A stretch of 64,000 nucleotides of DNA from NCBI RefSeq assembly GCF_048403405.1, contig NZ_CP183129.1, one strand, 5' to 3'. How positions within the stretch are numbered: position 1 is the stretch's first letter; every line of letters begins with the position of its first letter. Shown in pieces: positions 32,601-45,324 of this stretch. The DNA comes from Escherichia coli. GTDB lineage: Bacteria > Pseudomonadota > Gammaproteobacteria > Enterobacterales > Enterobacteriaceae. The notes beneath the pieces are model-generated. The model ran no database searches, was not told the origin of the DNA, and saw nothing but the letters and a program-made list of their open reading frames with translations. Made by a program: the position numbers and the translations under genes.

Positions 32601-33042
32601 GTGCGTTTTGCAAATCGTCCAGCGCCTGGGCAACGCGAGTTTCCAGCTGGCGCAACGAAAGCGTACTCAGAATTTTGCGCGTTTCTTCGTCGTTATCGAC
32701 ATCGCTAAGTGCTGTTAACGCCGCGGTCGCCTGGCGCATTTTTTCCGGCGCTTCAGCGACTTTTTGCCGTAGCTGAACTGTCTCTTCTTTTACGCGATCG
32801 ATTTTATCGAGGGTGGCTAATGTATCTGTCAGATCCTGCTGCACCAGTTTGTCCTGAGCAGAAAGATCTTTTTGTTTATTTAGTGAGTCAAGTTGTGCCT
32901 GCAGGTCCGCTTTTGTCGGCAGATCACCATTCGATGACGCCCGCGCAAACGCCGTGTTCTGGCATAACAAGACAAAAACAAAAGCAATAAATGCTGAAAA
33001 AACAAAATGCCGTGATCGTTTGTAATACTGGAACATAGTCAT
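29680..33042 (-). CDS. mscK: Potassium-dependent mechanosensitive channel MscK (1120 aa)
   Basis: Complete ORF; long coiled-coil periplasmic domain plus MscS-like C-terminal channel domain. Confidence 0.95.
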   Translation of the reverse strand: MTMFQYYKRSRHFVFSAFIAFVFVLLCQNTAFARASSNGDLPTKADLQAQLDSLNKQKDLSAQDKLVQQDLTDTLATLDKIDRVKEETVQLRQKVAEAPEKMRQATAALTALSDVDNDEETRKILSTLSLRQLETRVAQALDDLQNAQNDLASYNSQLVSLQTQPERVQNAMYNASQQLQQIRSRLDGTDVGETALRPSQKVLMQAQQALLNAEIDQQRKSLEGNTVLQDTLQKQRDYVTANSARLEHQLQLLQEAVNSKRLTLTEKTAQEAVSPDEAARIQANPLVKQELEINQQLSQRLITATENGNQLMQQNIKVKNWLERALQSERNIKEQIAVLKGSLLLSRILYQQQQTLPSADELENMTNRIADLRLEQFEVNQQRDALFQSDAFVNKLEEGHTNEVNSEVHDALLQVVDMRRELLDQLNKQLGNQLMMAINLQINQQQLMSVSKNLKSILTQQIFWVNSNRPMDWDWIKAFPQSLKDEFKSMKITVNWEKAWPAVFIAFLAGLPLLLIAGLIHWRLGWLKAYQQKLASAVGSLRNDSQLNTPKAILIDLIRALPVCLIILAVGLILLTMQLNISELLWSFSKKLAIFWLVFGLCWKVLEKNGVAVRHFGMPEQQTSHWRRQIVRISLALLPIHFWSVVAELSPLHLMDDVLGQAMIFFNLLLIAFLVWPMCRESWRDKESHTMRLVTITVLSIIPIALMVLTATGYFYTTLRLSGRWIETVYLVIIWNLLYQTVLRGLSVAARRIAWRRALARRQNLVKEGAEGAEPPEEPTIALEQVNQQTLRITMLLMFALFGVMFWAIWSDLITVFSYLDSITLWHYNGTEAGAAVVKNVTMGSLLFAIIASMVAWALIRNLPGLLEVLVLSRLNMRQGASYAITTILNYIIIAVGAMTVFGSLGVSWDKLQWLAAALSVGLGFGLQEIFGNFVSGLIILFERPVRIGDTVTIGSFSGTVSKIRIRATTITDFDRKEVIIPNKAFVTERLINWSLTDTTTRLVIRLGVAYGSDLEKVRKVLLKAATEHPRVMHEPMPEVFFTAFGASTLDHELRLYVRELRDRSRTVDELNRTIDQLCRENDINIAFNQLEVHLHNEKGDEVTEVKRDYKGDDPTPAVG

Positions 33043-33169
33043 GATGAATGAAGGTTTCTGAACCTGAAGAACGACCTGAAAAAGTCAAACCGCAAGAATA
33101 TCACGACGCAGTGAACCAGAATAGCAACGACGAAAATGTCCAGGAAAAATCCTGGAGTCAGATTCAGGG

Positions 33170-33817
33170 TTATTCGGTAATGGCAGGGTTACGAAGCGTG
33201 GGACACAGGAGATACATCTCCAGTAAGATGGCGACGTAATCGCGGGCTTCTTTTTTAAGATCAAAAGATTGCGGGGCAAAGAGCCAGTTTTCCATCAGGC
33301 CGGAAATATAGCCGCGCATAATAATTGCTGCCCGACGCGTCATTAAATCCGCAGGCAACATTTTCGCTTCAATACAATGTTTTAACGTTTGTTCTATACG
33401 GTCATAACTTTCCAGACAGAGATTACGTTGTGCCTGTTGCACAACAGCCATTTCTCCGACAAATTCGCATTTGTGGAATATAATCTCCATCAATAATCGA
33501 CGCCGTTCTTCTGTCACCGTGGATTCAAGAACATGAATTAATATCTCTCTTAATACTGAGAGTGGATCGCCAGGGAATTTTGCCTGATACTCAAGCTCTA
33601 GTTCACCAATATTGGATTCTGACAGTTCCCAGATCTCACTGAACAAATCCGACTTGTCTTTAAAATGCCAGTAGATTGCACCGCGCGTAACGCCAGCTGC
33701 TTTTGCAATCTCGCCCAGCGAGGTGGATGATACCCCCTGCTGTGAGAAAAGACGTAGAGCCACATCGAGGATGTGTTGGCGCATTTCTTGCGCTTCTTGT
33801 TTGGTTTTTCGTGCCAT
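33170..33817 (-). CDS. acrR: TetR-family repressor AcrR (215 aa)
   Basis: Complete ORF; divergent from acrAB. Confidence 0.95.
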   Translation of the reverse strand: MARKTKQEAQEMRQHILDVALRLFSQQGVSSTSLGEIAKAAGVTRGAIYWHFKDKSDLFSEIWELSESNIGELELEYQAKFPGDPLSVLREILIHVLESTVTEERRRLLMEIIFHKCEFVGEMAVVQQAQRNLCLESYDRIEQTLKHCIEAKMLPADLMTRRAAIIMRGYISGLMENWLFAPQSFDLKKEARDYVAILLEMYLLCPTLRNPAITE

Positions 33818-33845
33818 ATGTTCGTGAATTTACAGGCGTTAGATT

Positions 33846-33869
33846 TACATACATTTGTGAATGTATGTA
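33846..33869. promoter_or_regulatory. AcrR operator: 24-bp palindrome TACATACATTTGTGAATGTATGTA in the acrR-acrA intergenic region
   Basis: Palindrome read directly, 29 nt from the acrR start and 90 nt from the acrA start. Confidence 0.85.
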
Positions 33870-33958
33870 CCATAGCACGACGATAATATAAACGCAGCAA
33901 TGGGTTTATTAACTTTTGACCATTGACCAATTTGAAATCGGACACTCGAGGTTTACAT

Positions 33959-35152
33959 ATGAACAAAAACAGAGGGTTTACGCCTCTGGCGGTCGTTCTG
34001 ATGCTCTCAGGCAGCTTAGCCCTAACAGGATGTGACGACAAACAGGCCCAACAAGGTGGCCAGCAGATGCCCGCCGTTGGCGTAGTAACAGTCAAAACTG
34101 AACCTCTGCAGATCACAACCGAGCTTCCGGGTCGCACCAGTGCCTACCGGATCGCAGAAGTTCGTCCTCAAGTTAGCGGGATTATCCTGAAGCGTAATTT
34201 CAAAGAAGGTAGCGACATCGAAGCAGGTGTCTCTCTCTATCAGATTGATCCTGCGACCTATCAGGCGGCATACGACAGCGCGAAAGGCGATCTGGCGAAA
34301 GCCCAGGCTGCAGCCAATATCGCGCAATTGACGGTGAATCGTTATCAGAAATTGCTCGGTACTCAGTACATCAGTAAGCAAGAGTACGATCAGGCTCTGG
34401 CTGATGCGCAACAGGCGAATGCTGCGGTCACTGCGGCGAAAGCTGCCGTTGAAACTGCGCGGATCAATCTGGCTTACACCAAAGTCACCTCTCCGATTAG
34501 CGGTCGCATTGGTAAGTCGAACGTGACAGAAGGCGCATTGGTACAGAACGGTCAGGCGACTGCGCTGGCAACCGTGCAGCAACTTGATCCGATCTACGTT
34601 GATGTGACCCAGTCCAGCAACGACTTCCTGCGCCTGAAACAGGAACTGGCAAATGGCACGCTGAAACAAGAGAACGGCAAAGCCAAAGTGTCGCTGATCA
34701 CCAGTGACGGCATTAAGTTCCCGCAGGACGGTACGCTGGAATTCTCTGACGTTACCGTTGATCAGACCACCGGGTCTATCACCCTACGCGCTATCTTCCC
34801 GAACCCGGATCACACTCTGCTGCCGGGTATGTTCGTACGTGCACGTCTGGAAGAAGGGCTTAATCCAAACGCTATTTTAGTCCCGCAACAGGGCGTAACC
34901 CGTACGCCGCGTGGCGATGCCACCGTACTGGTGGTTGGCGCGGATGACAAAGTGGAAACCCGTCCGATCGTTGCAAGCCAGGCTATCGGCGATAAGTGGC
35001 TGGTGACAGAAGGTCTGAAAGCAGGCGATCGCGTAGTAATAAGTGGGCTGCAGAAAGTGCGTCCTGGTGTCCAGGTAAAAGCACAAGAAGTTACCGCTGA
35101 TAATAACCAGCAAGCCGCAAGCGGTGCTCAGCCTGAACAGTCCAAGTCTTAA
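33959..35152 (+). CDS. acrA: RND efflux periplasmic adaptor AcrA (397 aa)
   Basis: Track ORF trimmed to MNKNRGFTPLAVVLMLSGSLALTGC (lipoprotein signal peptide). Confidence 0.95.
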   Translation: MNKNRGFTPLAVVLMLSGSLALTGCDDKQAQQGGQQMPAVGVVTVKTEPLQITTELPGRTSAYRIAEVRPQVSGIILKRNFKEGSDIEAGVSLYQIDPATYQAAYDSAKGDLAKAQAAANIAQLTVNRYQKLLGTQYISKQEYDQALADAQQANAAVTAAKAAVETARINLAYTKVTSPISGRIGKSNVTEGALVQNGQATALATVQQLDPIYVDVTQSSNDFLRLKQELANGTLKQENGKAKVSLITSDGIKFPQDGTLEFSDVTVDQTTGSITLRAIFPNPDHTLLPGMFVRARLEEGLNPNAILVPQQGVTRTPRGDATVLVVGADDKVETRPIVASQAIGDKWLVTEGLKAGDRVVISGLQKVRPGVQVKAQEVTADNNQQAASGAQPEQSKS

Positions 35153-35171
35153 CTTAAACAGGAGCCGTTAA

Positions 35172-38324
<3,153 letters not shown>

Positions 38325-38341
38325 TACAACGTGTAATCACT

Positions 38342-38365
38342 AAGGCCGCGCAAGCGGCCTTTTTT
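38342..38365 (+). terminator. Intrinsic terminator of acrAB
   Basis: AAGGCCGC-gcaa-GCGGCCTT followed by TTTTTT, 18 nt after the acrB stop. Confidence 0.8.
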
Positions 38366-38869
38366 ATGCATAACCTACGAACATTAAGGAGTCATTGAAC
38401 CACCAACTCAGGATCTCATACGAAAACCAGTATTAAACACGTATAAAATTCATAAAAAATACTGATTGTTAGTTAATTTATATTAAGTAGCGCTAATAGA
38501 TTTAATAATCCATAATCATTTAGAGGCTATTCTTAATTATTTGCGGTAATTCTTTATTCATTCCTCGGTTATTACGTCATATTCAGAGCAATCCTGGTAT
38601 TAGTGTTACCAATTTCATCTGGCGATAATCCTGAAATGTTATGAACAGTTCGAGCAAACTGCTTTTACCTGCTGCGGGTTAGTGCTAGTATGAAAAAGTA
38701 AGTCCTGTCCCGCTTCCTTCCTAATTGTAATTTTTCGTAATAATGCGATGAAAACCTGCAAAGAGTGGCTTATAGTTAAGCTAACAAACGAGAGGGCAAG
38801 TCCAGGTCAGTAAGTTTTTTCCATCCCGAAAGGTGTCCGTTAGTTCAACCACTAAGAAGGGGACGCGTT

Positions 38870-39244
38870 ATGGATGAATACTCACCCAAAAGACATGATA
38901 TCGCACAGCTTAAGTTTCTCTGTGAAACCCTGTATCATGACTGTCTTGCAAACCTTGAAGAAAGCAATCATGGCTGGGTTAACGACCCAACCTCGGCGAT
39001 CAACCTCCAGTTGAATGAACTGATTGAGCATATTGCGACCTTCGCACTTAATTACAAAATTAAGTATAATGAAGACAATAAGCTCATTGAGCAGATCGAC
39101 GAATATCTGGATGACACCTTTATGTTGTTCAGCAGTTATGGTATTAATATGCAGGATCTTCAGAAATGGCGGAAGTCAGGTAATCGACTATTCCGTTGTT
39201 TTGTCAATGCGACGAAAGAGAATCCTGCGAGTTTATCTTGTTAG
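38870..39244 (+). CDS. tomB: Hha toxicity modulator TomB (YbaJ, 124 aa)
   Basis: Complete ORF; immediately upstream of hha. Confidence 0.9.
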
Positions 39245-39269
39245 AATTATTACAACCATGGGTAGAAGT

Positions 39270-39488
39270 ATGTCCGAAAAACCTTTAACAAAAACCGATT
39301 ATTTAATGCGTTTACGTCGTTGCCAGACAATTGACACGCTGGAGCGTGTTATCGAGAAAAATAAATACGAATTATCAGATAATGAACTGGCGGTATTTTA
39401 CTCAGCCGCAGATCACCGCCTCGCCGAATTGACCATGAATAAACTGTACGACAAGATCCCTTCCTCAGTATGGAAATTTATTCGCTAA
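39270..39488 (+). CDS. hha: Haemolysin expression modulator Hha (72 aa)
   Basis: Track ORF 39024..39488 trimmed to the ATG giving [27 protein letters not shown]. Confidence 0.93.
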
Positions 39489-39659
39489 TAAATAATTCGC
39501 TTTCGGAGCTATAACCAGCTGTTTATTAAGAATTTTATACTTTTTCGCCATGAAGACGTACCCTATGTGATCTTTATCACACAGATGTAATGGGAACGTT
39601 CTCTTCACTGACTTTTCATCTTACTGTGTTGCCGCATTTTCAGCAACCGGAGGTCAGTA

Positions 39660-40211
39660 ATGAGCACAGAAAAAGAAAAGATGATTGCTGGTGAGTTGTA
39701 TCGCTCGGCAGATGAGACGTTATCTCGCGATCGCCTGCGCGCTCGTCAGCTTATTCACCGATACAATCATTCCCTGGCGGAAGAGCACACATTACGCCAG
39801 CAAATTCTCGCTGATGTATTCGGTCAGGTGACAGAGGCTTATATTGAGCCAACGTTTCGCTGTGATTATGGCTATAACATTTTTCTCGGCAATAATTTTT
39901 TCGCCAACTTCGATTGCGTGATGCTTGATGTCTGCCCTATTCGCATCGGTGATAACTGTATGTTGGCACCAGGCGTTCATATCTACACGGCAACACATCC
40001 CATCGACCCTGTAGCACGTAATAGCGGTGCTGAACTGGGGAAACCCGTCACCATCGGTAATAACGTCTGGATTGGCGGACGCGCGGTCATTAACCCTGGT
40101 GTGACCATTGGTGATAACGTCGTGGTAGCCTCAGGTGCAGTTGTCACAAAAGATGTCCCGGACAACGTTGTCGTGGGCGGTAATCCAGCCAGAATCATTA
40201 AAAAATTGTAA
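39660..40211 (+). CDS. maa: Maltose O-acetyltransferase (183 aa)
   Basis: Complete ORF; hexapeptide-repeat acyltransferase. Confidence 0.93.
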   Translation: MSTEKEKMIAGELYRSADETLSRDRLRARQLIHRYNHSLAEEHTLRQQILADVFGQVTEAYIEPTFRCDYGYNIFLGNNFFANFDCVMLDVCPIRIGDNCMLAPGVHIYTATHPIDPVARNSGAELGKPVTIGNNVWIGGRAVINPGVTIGDNVVVASGAVVTKDVPDNVVVGGNPARIIKKL

Positions 40212-40326
40212 CCAGTTTTTCGCAACTGTTATGCAAAATCGTGGCAAATCTGTTACTTTCCCTCTACTATTCCCACGTTAAAATAGGGTGTTCCCTGGAA
40301 AGTTGCAGATACCACGAAGGCAAACG

Positions 40327-40797
40327 ATGACCGAAATACAACGCCTGCTGACCGAAACAATTGAGTCTCTAAATACCCGCGAAAAACGCGACAACAAACC
40401 CCGCTTTAGTATCAGTTTTATCCGTAAACATCCGGGGCTGTTTATCGGTATGTATGTTGCTTTTTTTGCCACCCTGGCGGTGATGTTGCAGTCCAAAACG
40501 CTTTCAGGCTCTGTCTGGCTACTGGTTGTATTATTTATCCTGCTTAATGGTTTCTTCTTTTTCGATGTCTACCCACGCTACCGCTATGAAGATATCGACG
40601 TGCTGGATTTCCGCGTTTGCTATAACGGCGAATGGTACAACACGCGCTTTGTACCTGCCGCGCTGGTTGAAGCCATCTTGAACTCTCCGCGTGTCGCGGA
40701 TGTTCAAAAAGAACAACTGCAAAAAATGATCGTCCGTAAAGGTGAATTGTCTTTTTACGATATTTTTACCCTTGCTCGCGCCGAATCAACATCTTAA
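40327..40797 (+). CDS. ylaC: Inner-membrane protein YlaC (156 aa)
   Basis: Track ORF trimmed to [16 protein letters not shown]; two TM segments. Confidence 0.85.
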   Translation: MTEIQRLLTETIESLNTREKRDNKPRFSISFIRKHPGLFIGMYVAFFATLAVMLQSKTLSGSVWLLVVLFILLNGFFFFDVYPRYRYEDIDVLDFRVCYNGEWYNTRFVPAALVEAILNSPRVADVQKEQLQKMIVRKGELSFYDIFTLARAESTS

Positions 40798-40954
40798 GTT
40801 AGAGTTACATACCAGGCGTAAAGCTCTGCGCCTGGTCAAATGACAACGTTCGTTTCCACCCATCACTTGATGAAATACCGGCTCTACCTCCTTATCTCCT
40901 GCCAGCCTTTTTCCACAATCGGATATACTTTCTCTACACTGTGTTAATAAGGAT

Positions 40955-42511
40955 ATGCTGGTGAGAACACGACATCTGGTCGGCCTTATTTCGGGAGTAC
41001 TGATTCTTTCAGTATTGCTGCCTGTCGGCTTAAGCATCTGGCTGGCCCATCAGCAGGTAGAAACATCATTTATTGAAGAGCTGAATACCTATTCCTCCCG
41101 CGTCGCTATTCGGGCCAATAAGGTGGCGATACAAGGGAAAGATGCACTGCAAGAGCTGGAAAGATGGCAAGGCGCTGCCTGTAGCGAAGCCCATCTCATG
41201 GAAATGCGTCGGATATCTTACAGTTATCGCTATATTCAGGAAGTGGTTTATATCGATAACAACGTTCCCCAGTGTTCGTCTCTGGAGCATGAAAGCCCGC
41301 CCGATACCTTCCCCGAGCCAGGTAAAATTTCGAAAGATGGTTATCGTGTCTGGTTAACATCGCATAACGATTTAGGCATTATCCGTTACATGGTTGCCAT
41401 GGGAACGGCACATTATGTCGTCATGATCGACCCCGCTTCCTTTATTGATGTCATTCCCTATAGCTCATGGCAAATTGATGCCGCCATTATTGGCAATGCC
41501 CATAACGTTGTGATAACCAGCAGCGATGAAATTGCTCAGGGAATTATTACCAGACTACAAAAAACACCCGGTGAGCATATCGAAAATAATGGAATCATTT
41601 ACGATATCCTGCCCTTCCCGGAAATGAATATTTCGATCATCACCTGGGCTTCAACGAAAATGTTGCAGAAAGGCTGGCATCGGCAAGTCTTTATTTGGTT
41701 ACCGCTCGGGTTGGTGATTGGCCTGCTGGCAGCGATGTTTGTGCTGCGTATTTTGCGCCGTATCCAGTCACCGCATCATCGGCTGCAGGATGCTATCGAA
41801 AATCGTGATATTTGCGTGCACTATCAGCCGATTGTCTCCTTAGCCAATGGCAAAATTGTCGGTGCTGAGGCACTGTCGCGCTGGCCGCAGACAGACGGTA
41901 GTTGGTTGTCACCAGATAGTTTTATTCCGCTGGCACAGCAAACGGGCCTTTCTGAGCCATTGACGCTACTGATTATAAGAAGCGTCTTTGAAGATATGGG
42001 CGACTGGCTGCGTCAGCATCCGCAGCAGCATATTTCGATCAATCTTGAATCCACCGTGCTCACCTCGGAAAAAATCCCGCAATTGCTGCGTGAAATGATC
42101 AATCACTATCAGGTTAATCCCAGACAGATCGCGCTTGAACTCACTGAACGCGAGTTTGCTGATCCGAAAACCAGCGCCCCGATAATTTCTCGCTACCGGG
42201 AGGCGGGCCATGAAATTTATCTTGATGATTTTGGTACGGGGTATTCAAGTTTAAGTTATTTACAGGATCTGGATGTCGACATTCTGAAGATAGATAAATC
42301 TTTCGTTGATGCGCTGGAATATAAAAATGTCACGCCGCATATCATCGAAATGGCAAAAACACTGAAACTGAAAATGGTAGCGGAGGGAATCGAAACCAGT
42401 AAACAAGAAGAGTGGTTACGCCAGCATGGCGTGCACTACGGTCAGGGCTGGCTCTACAGCAAGGCATTACCGAAAGAAGATTTCTTACGCTGGGCCGAGC
42501 AACATTTGTGA
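40955..42511 (+). CDS. pdeB: c-di-GMP phosphodiesterase PdeB (YlaB), CSS sensor plus EAL domain
   Basis: Complete ORF; EAL-domain motifs in the C-terminal half; start uncertain by 2 codons (ATG 40955 versus GTG 40961). Confidence 0.88.
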   Translation: MLVRTRHLVGLISGVLILSVLLPVGLSIWLAHQQVETSFIEELNTYSSRVAIRANKVAIQGKDALQELERWQGAACSEAHLMEMRRISYSYRYIQEVVYIDNNVPQCSSLEHESPPDTFPEPGKISKDGYRVWLTSHNDLGIIRYMVAMGTAHYVVMIDPASFIDVIPYSSWQIDAAIIGNAHNVVITSSDEIAQGIITRLQKTPGEHIENNGIIYDILPFPEMNISIITWASTKMLQKGWHRQVFIWLPLGLVIGLLAAMFVLRILRRIQSPHHRLQDAIENRDICVHYQPIVSLANGKIVGAEALSRWPQTDGSWLSPDSFIPLAQQTGLSEPLTLLIIRSVFEDMGDWLRQHPQQHISINLESTVLTSEKIPQLLREMINHYQVNPRQIALELTEREFADPKTSAPIISRYREAGHEIYLDDFGTGYSSLSYLQDLDVDILKIDKSFVDALEYKNVTPHIIEMAKTLKLKMVAEGIETSKQEEWLRQHGVHYGQGWLYSKALPKEDFLRWAEQHL

Positions 42512-42552
42512 ATTGTAGGGCTGACGGCACGCCGCACAGCCCGTCACGCTAC

Positions 42553-42906
42553 CTATTCGTCGATGATTGACTCGAATCCGCCATAAATCATTCGCTTACC
42601 ATCAAACGGCATGGACTCGCCGAACTCTTTCATCCGTGGGTCCGACATCATCTTTTGATTAGCAGCGTCGCGGACCTCTTTTGAGGGGTATTCAATCCAG
42701 CTAAAGACAACCTCTTCATTCTCTTCAGCTTTTACCGCCATACGAAAATCGGTCACTTTGCCATCCGGTACATCGCTGGCCCAGCATTCGACAATACGAA
42801 GCGCGCCAAACTCTTTAAACAATGGCGCAGCCTTAGCAGCCATTTCCCGATAGGCATCCTTTTTATCGGCAGGAACGGCAACCACAAAACCATCAACATA
42901 CTTCAT
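42553..42906 (-). CDS. ybaA: DUF1428 protein YbaA (117 aa)
   Basis: Complete ORF; sequence recognisable. Confidence 0.88.
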   Translation of the reverse strand: MKYVDGFVVAVPADKKDAYREMAAKAAPLFKEFGALRIVECWASDVPDGKVTDFRMAVKAEENEEVVFSWIEYPSKEVRDAANQKMMSDPRMKEFGESMPFDGKRMIYGGFESIIDE

Positions 42907-43016
42907 CAGACATACCTCCGAAGCGTACTGCGCAGCCAGACAATTCTTGCGACGTCAGTTGTGGTTAAAGTTTAGCCATGTTGGGATTTTTTGACGAAAC
43001 GGGGGGAGGCAGAAAT

Positions 43017-43130
43017 GGGTGGGGGCCCTGCCAGCTACATCCCGGCACACGCGTCATCTGCCTTGGCTGCTTCCTTCCGGACCTGACCTGGTAAACAGAG
43101 TAGCGTTGCGGGAGAACCAACAGAGCCCCC
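43017..43130 (-). ncRNA. ffs: 4.5S RNA (signal recognition particle RNA), 114 nt
   Basis: Reverse complement reads GGGGGCUCUGUUGGUUCUCCCGCAACGCUACUCUGUUUACCAGGUCAGGUCCGGAAGGAAGCAGCCAAGGCAGAUGACGCGUGUGCCGGGAUGUAGCUGGCAGGGCCCCCACCC. Confidence 0.95.
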
Positions 43131-43206
43131 ATTGAGAGCGTTGAGAACCAACGCGCAGGCGCATTATCACTGCTGCCCCGGCTAATTGCAACCCATTGCG
43201 TGCCGG

Positions 43207-43596
43207 ATGCTGGTTTCTTGCGCAATGCGGCTTCACTCGGGCGTTTTTCCAGATTATGCTGAAAAATTACCTCAGGAAGAAAAGATGGAAAAAGAAGATT
43301 CATTTCCCCAACGCGTCTGGCAAATCGTCGCCGCTATTCCCGAAGGCTATGTCACCACTTACGGTGATGTGGCGAAACTGGCAGGATCGCCCCGCGCCGC
43401 GCGCCAGGTGGGCGGTGTGTTAAAGCGTCTCCCCGAAGACAGCACCTTACCCTGGCACCGGGTGGTTAATCGCCACGGCACAATTTCGCTAACCGGACCG
43501 GATTTACAGCGTCAACGACAGGCATTACTGGCAGAAGGTGTGATGGTATCGGGAAGCGGGCAAATCGACTTGCAGCGTTATCGCTGGAACTACTAA
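43207..43596 (+). CDS. atl: Alkyltransferase-like DNA base-flipping protein Atl (YbaZ, 129 aa)
   Basis: Track ORF trimmed to the ATG giving MLVSCAMRLHSGVFPDYAEKL. Confidence 0.88.
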   Translation: MLVSCAMRLHSGVFPDYAEKLPQEEKMEKEDSFPQRVWQIVAAIPEGYVTTYGDVAKLAGSPRAARQVGGVLKRLPEDSTLPWHRVVNRHGTISLTGPDLQRQRQALLAEGVMVSGSGQIDLQRYRWNY

Positions 43597-43626
43597 CCCT
43601 CTCCGGGCGGAGAGGGTTAACTGCGC

Positions 43627-44199
43627 TTAATATTGCGTAGGAGCTGGAACTGCCGAAGACGGATTCACCTGAGTTGGTGAAGTCGAAGGTACGGTAGTCG
43701 TTGCGCCACCGCTGGCCTGAACCGGCACGGCGGTTTGCTGCACCGGCACCAATGTCAGGTCGGCTTTAGTTCCGCCCTGGTTGATCACCGGCTGAACGGT
43801 ATCGGTAATAAATACCAGTTTGTCATTCACGGTAATCGCCGCACTCAACAGAATACGCGCATTCGGCTGAACATCTGCCGGGTTAAATGGCAGAACAAAG
43901 CTGAATGGTGACTGTTTGCCTTCGGTACGCACCGCTTTCTGCGCCAGTACTTTTGACGGTGCATCGGCTAACGACGCGTCAGAAAGTGTCACGGTCAGCA
44001 CAGCATCAGGCGGCAGTGCGACTTTCTGACGGATCCAGACGGTACCGGAGACATTCGGTTGCTGGATAGCAGGTTGTTGTGTTGCTGAAATAGACGTATT
44101 TGCAGCCGGTGCTGGCGTCTGAATATCCGCGCTTTTATCTGCGCAAGCCGCCAACGCAATCGCAACCGCTAAACCACTGGCCATGTGCACGAGTTTCAT
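43627..44199 (-). CDS. ybaY: Lipoprotein YbaY (190 aa)
   Basis: Complete ORF; lipobox LAACA with Cys. Confidence 0.88.
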   Translation of the reverse strand: MKLVHMASGLAVAIALAACADKSADIQTPAPAANTSISATQQPAIQQPNVSGTVWIRQKVALPPDAVLTVTLSDASLADAPSKVLAQKAVRTEGKQSPFSFVLPFNPADVQPNARILLSAAITVNDKLVFITDTVQPVINQGGTKADLTLVPVQQTAVPVQASGGATTTVPSTSPTQVNPSSAVPAPTQY

Positions 44200-44415
44200 T
44201 CACTTCTCCTTATTATCAATGCACCAGCGGGCTAACTTTCCTCGCCGGAGAGTGGTTAACAAAATAGTAACGTCAACAAGTGTGGCACACATCACGCATT
44301 TCTGCCTGTAATTAGCCCGTAATTCAGACCATTGCACCCATCGGACCAGTGGCAAATTTGCGTTATACTCAACTCACTTTGGCTTGCTGCGGCAGCTTTG
44401 TTACTGGAGAGTTAT

Positions 44416-45276
44416 ATGAGTCAGGCGCTAAAAAATTTACTGACATTGTTAAATCTGGAAAAAATTGAGGAAGGACTCTTTCGCGGCCAGAGTGAAGATT
44501 TAGGTTTACGCCAGGTGTTTGGCGGCCAGGTCGTGGGTCAGGCCTTGTATGCTGCAAAAGAGACCGTCCCTGAAGAGCGGCTGGTACATTCGTTTCATAG
44601 CTACTTTCTTCGCCCTGGCGATAGTAAGAAGCCGATTATTTATGATGTCGAAACGCTGCGTGACGGTAACAGCTTCAGCGCCCGCCGGGTTGCTGCTATT
44701 CAAAACGGCAAACCGATTTTTTATATGACTGCCTCTTTCCAGGCACCAGAAGCGGGTTTCGAACATCAAAAAACGATGCCGTCCGCGCCAGCGCCTGATG
44801 GCCTGCCTTCGGAAACGCAAATCGCCCAATCGCTGGCGCACCTGCTGCCGCCAGTGCTGAAAGATAAATTCATCTGCGATCGTCCGCTTGAAGTCCGTCC
44901 GGTGGAGTTTCATAACCCACTGAAAGGGCACGTCGCAGAACCGCATCGTCAGGTGTGGATCCGCGCAAATGGTAGCGTGCCGGATGATCTGCGCGTTCAT
45001 CAGTATCTGCTCGGTTACGCTTCTGATCTTAACTTCCTGCCGGTAGCTCTACAGCCGCACGGCATCGGTTTTCTCGAACCAGGAATTCAGATAGCGACCA
45101 TCGACCATTCCATGTGGTTCCATCGCCCGTTTAATTTGAATGAATGGCTGCTGTATAGCGTGGAGAGCACCTCGGCGTCCAGCGCTCGCGGCTTTGTGCG
45201 CGGTGAGTTTTATACCCAGAATGGCGTGCTGGTTGCCTCGACCGTTCAGGAAGGGGTAATGCGTAATCATAATTAA
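44416..45276 (+). CDS. tesB: Acyl-CoA thioesterase II (286 aa)
   Basis: Track ORF trimmed to [24 protein letters not shown]. Confidence 0.93.
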   Translation: MSQALKNLLTLLNLEKIEEGLFRGQSEDLGLRQVFGGQVVGQALYAAKETVPEERLVHSFHSYFLRPGDSKKPIIYDVETLRDGNSFSARRVAAIQNGKPIFYMTASFQAPEAGFEHQKTMPSAPAPDGLPSETQIAQSLAHLLPPVLKDKFICDRPLEVRPVEFHNPLKGHVAEPHRQVWIRANGSVPDDLRVHQYLLGYASDLNFLPVALQPHGIGFLEPGIQIATIDHSMWFHRPFNLNEWLLYSVESTSASSARGFVRGEFYTQNGVLVASTVQEGVMRNHN

Positions 45277-45314
45277 AAAAATAGCCGGAGGTGAAAACCG
45301 TCCGGCTGTTTTTT
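45275..45314. terminator. Bidirectional intrinsic terminator between convergent tesB and amtB
   Basis: AGCCGGA-N11-TCCGGCT flanked by AAAAAAA upstream and TTTTTT downstream. Confidence 0.8.
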
Positions 45315-45324
45315 GCAGTGCTTG

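Noticed and set aside
38366-38869. Possible small ORF in the tomB leader (atgcataacctacgaacattaaggagtcattga, 10 codons)
   Set aside because: Too short, no RBS, and no supporting evidence available from sequence alone.
40955-42511. Functional link between the c-di-GMP phosphodiesterase pdeB and the adhesin island
   Set aside because: pdeB is a conserved core gene about 36 kb from the island; nothing in the sequence supports a dedicated relationship.
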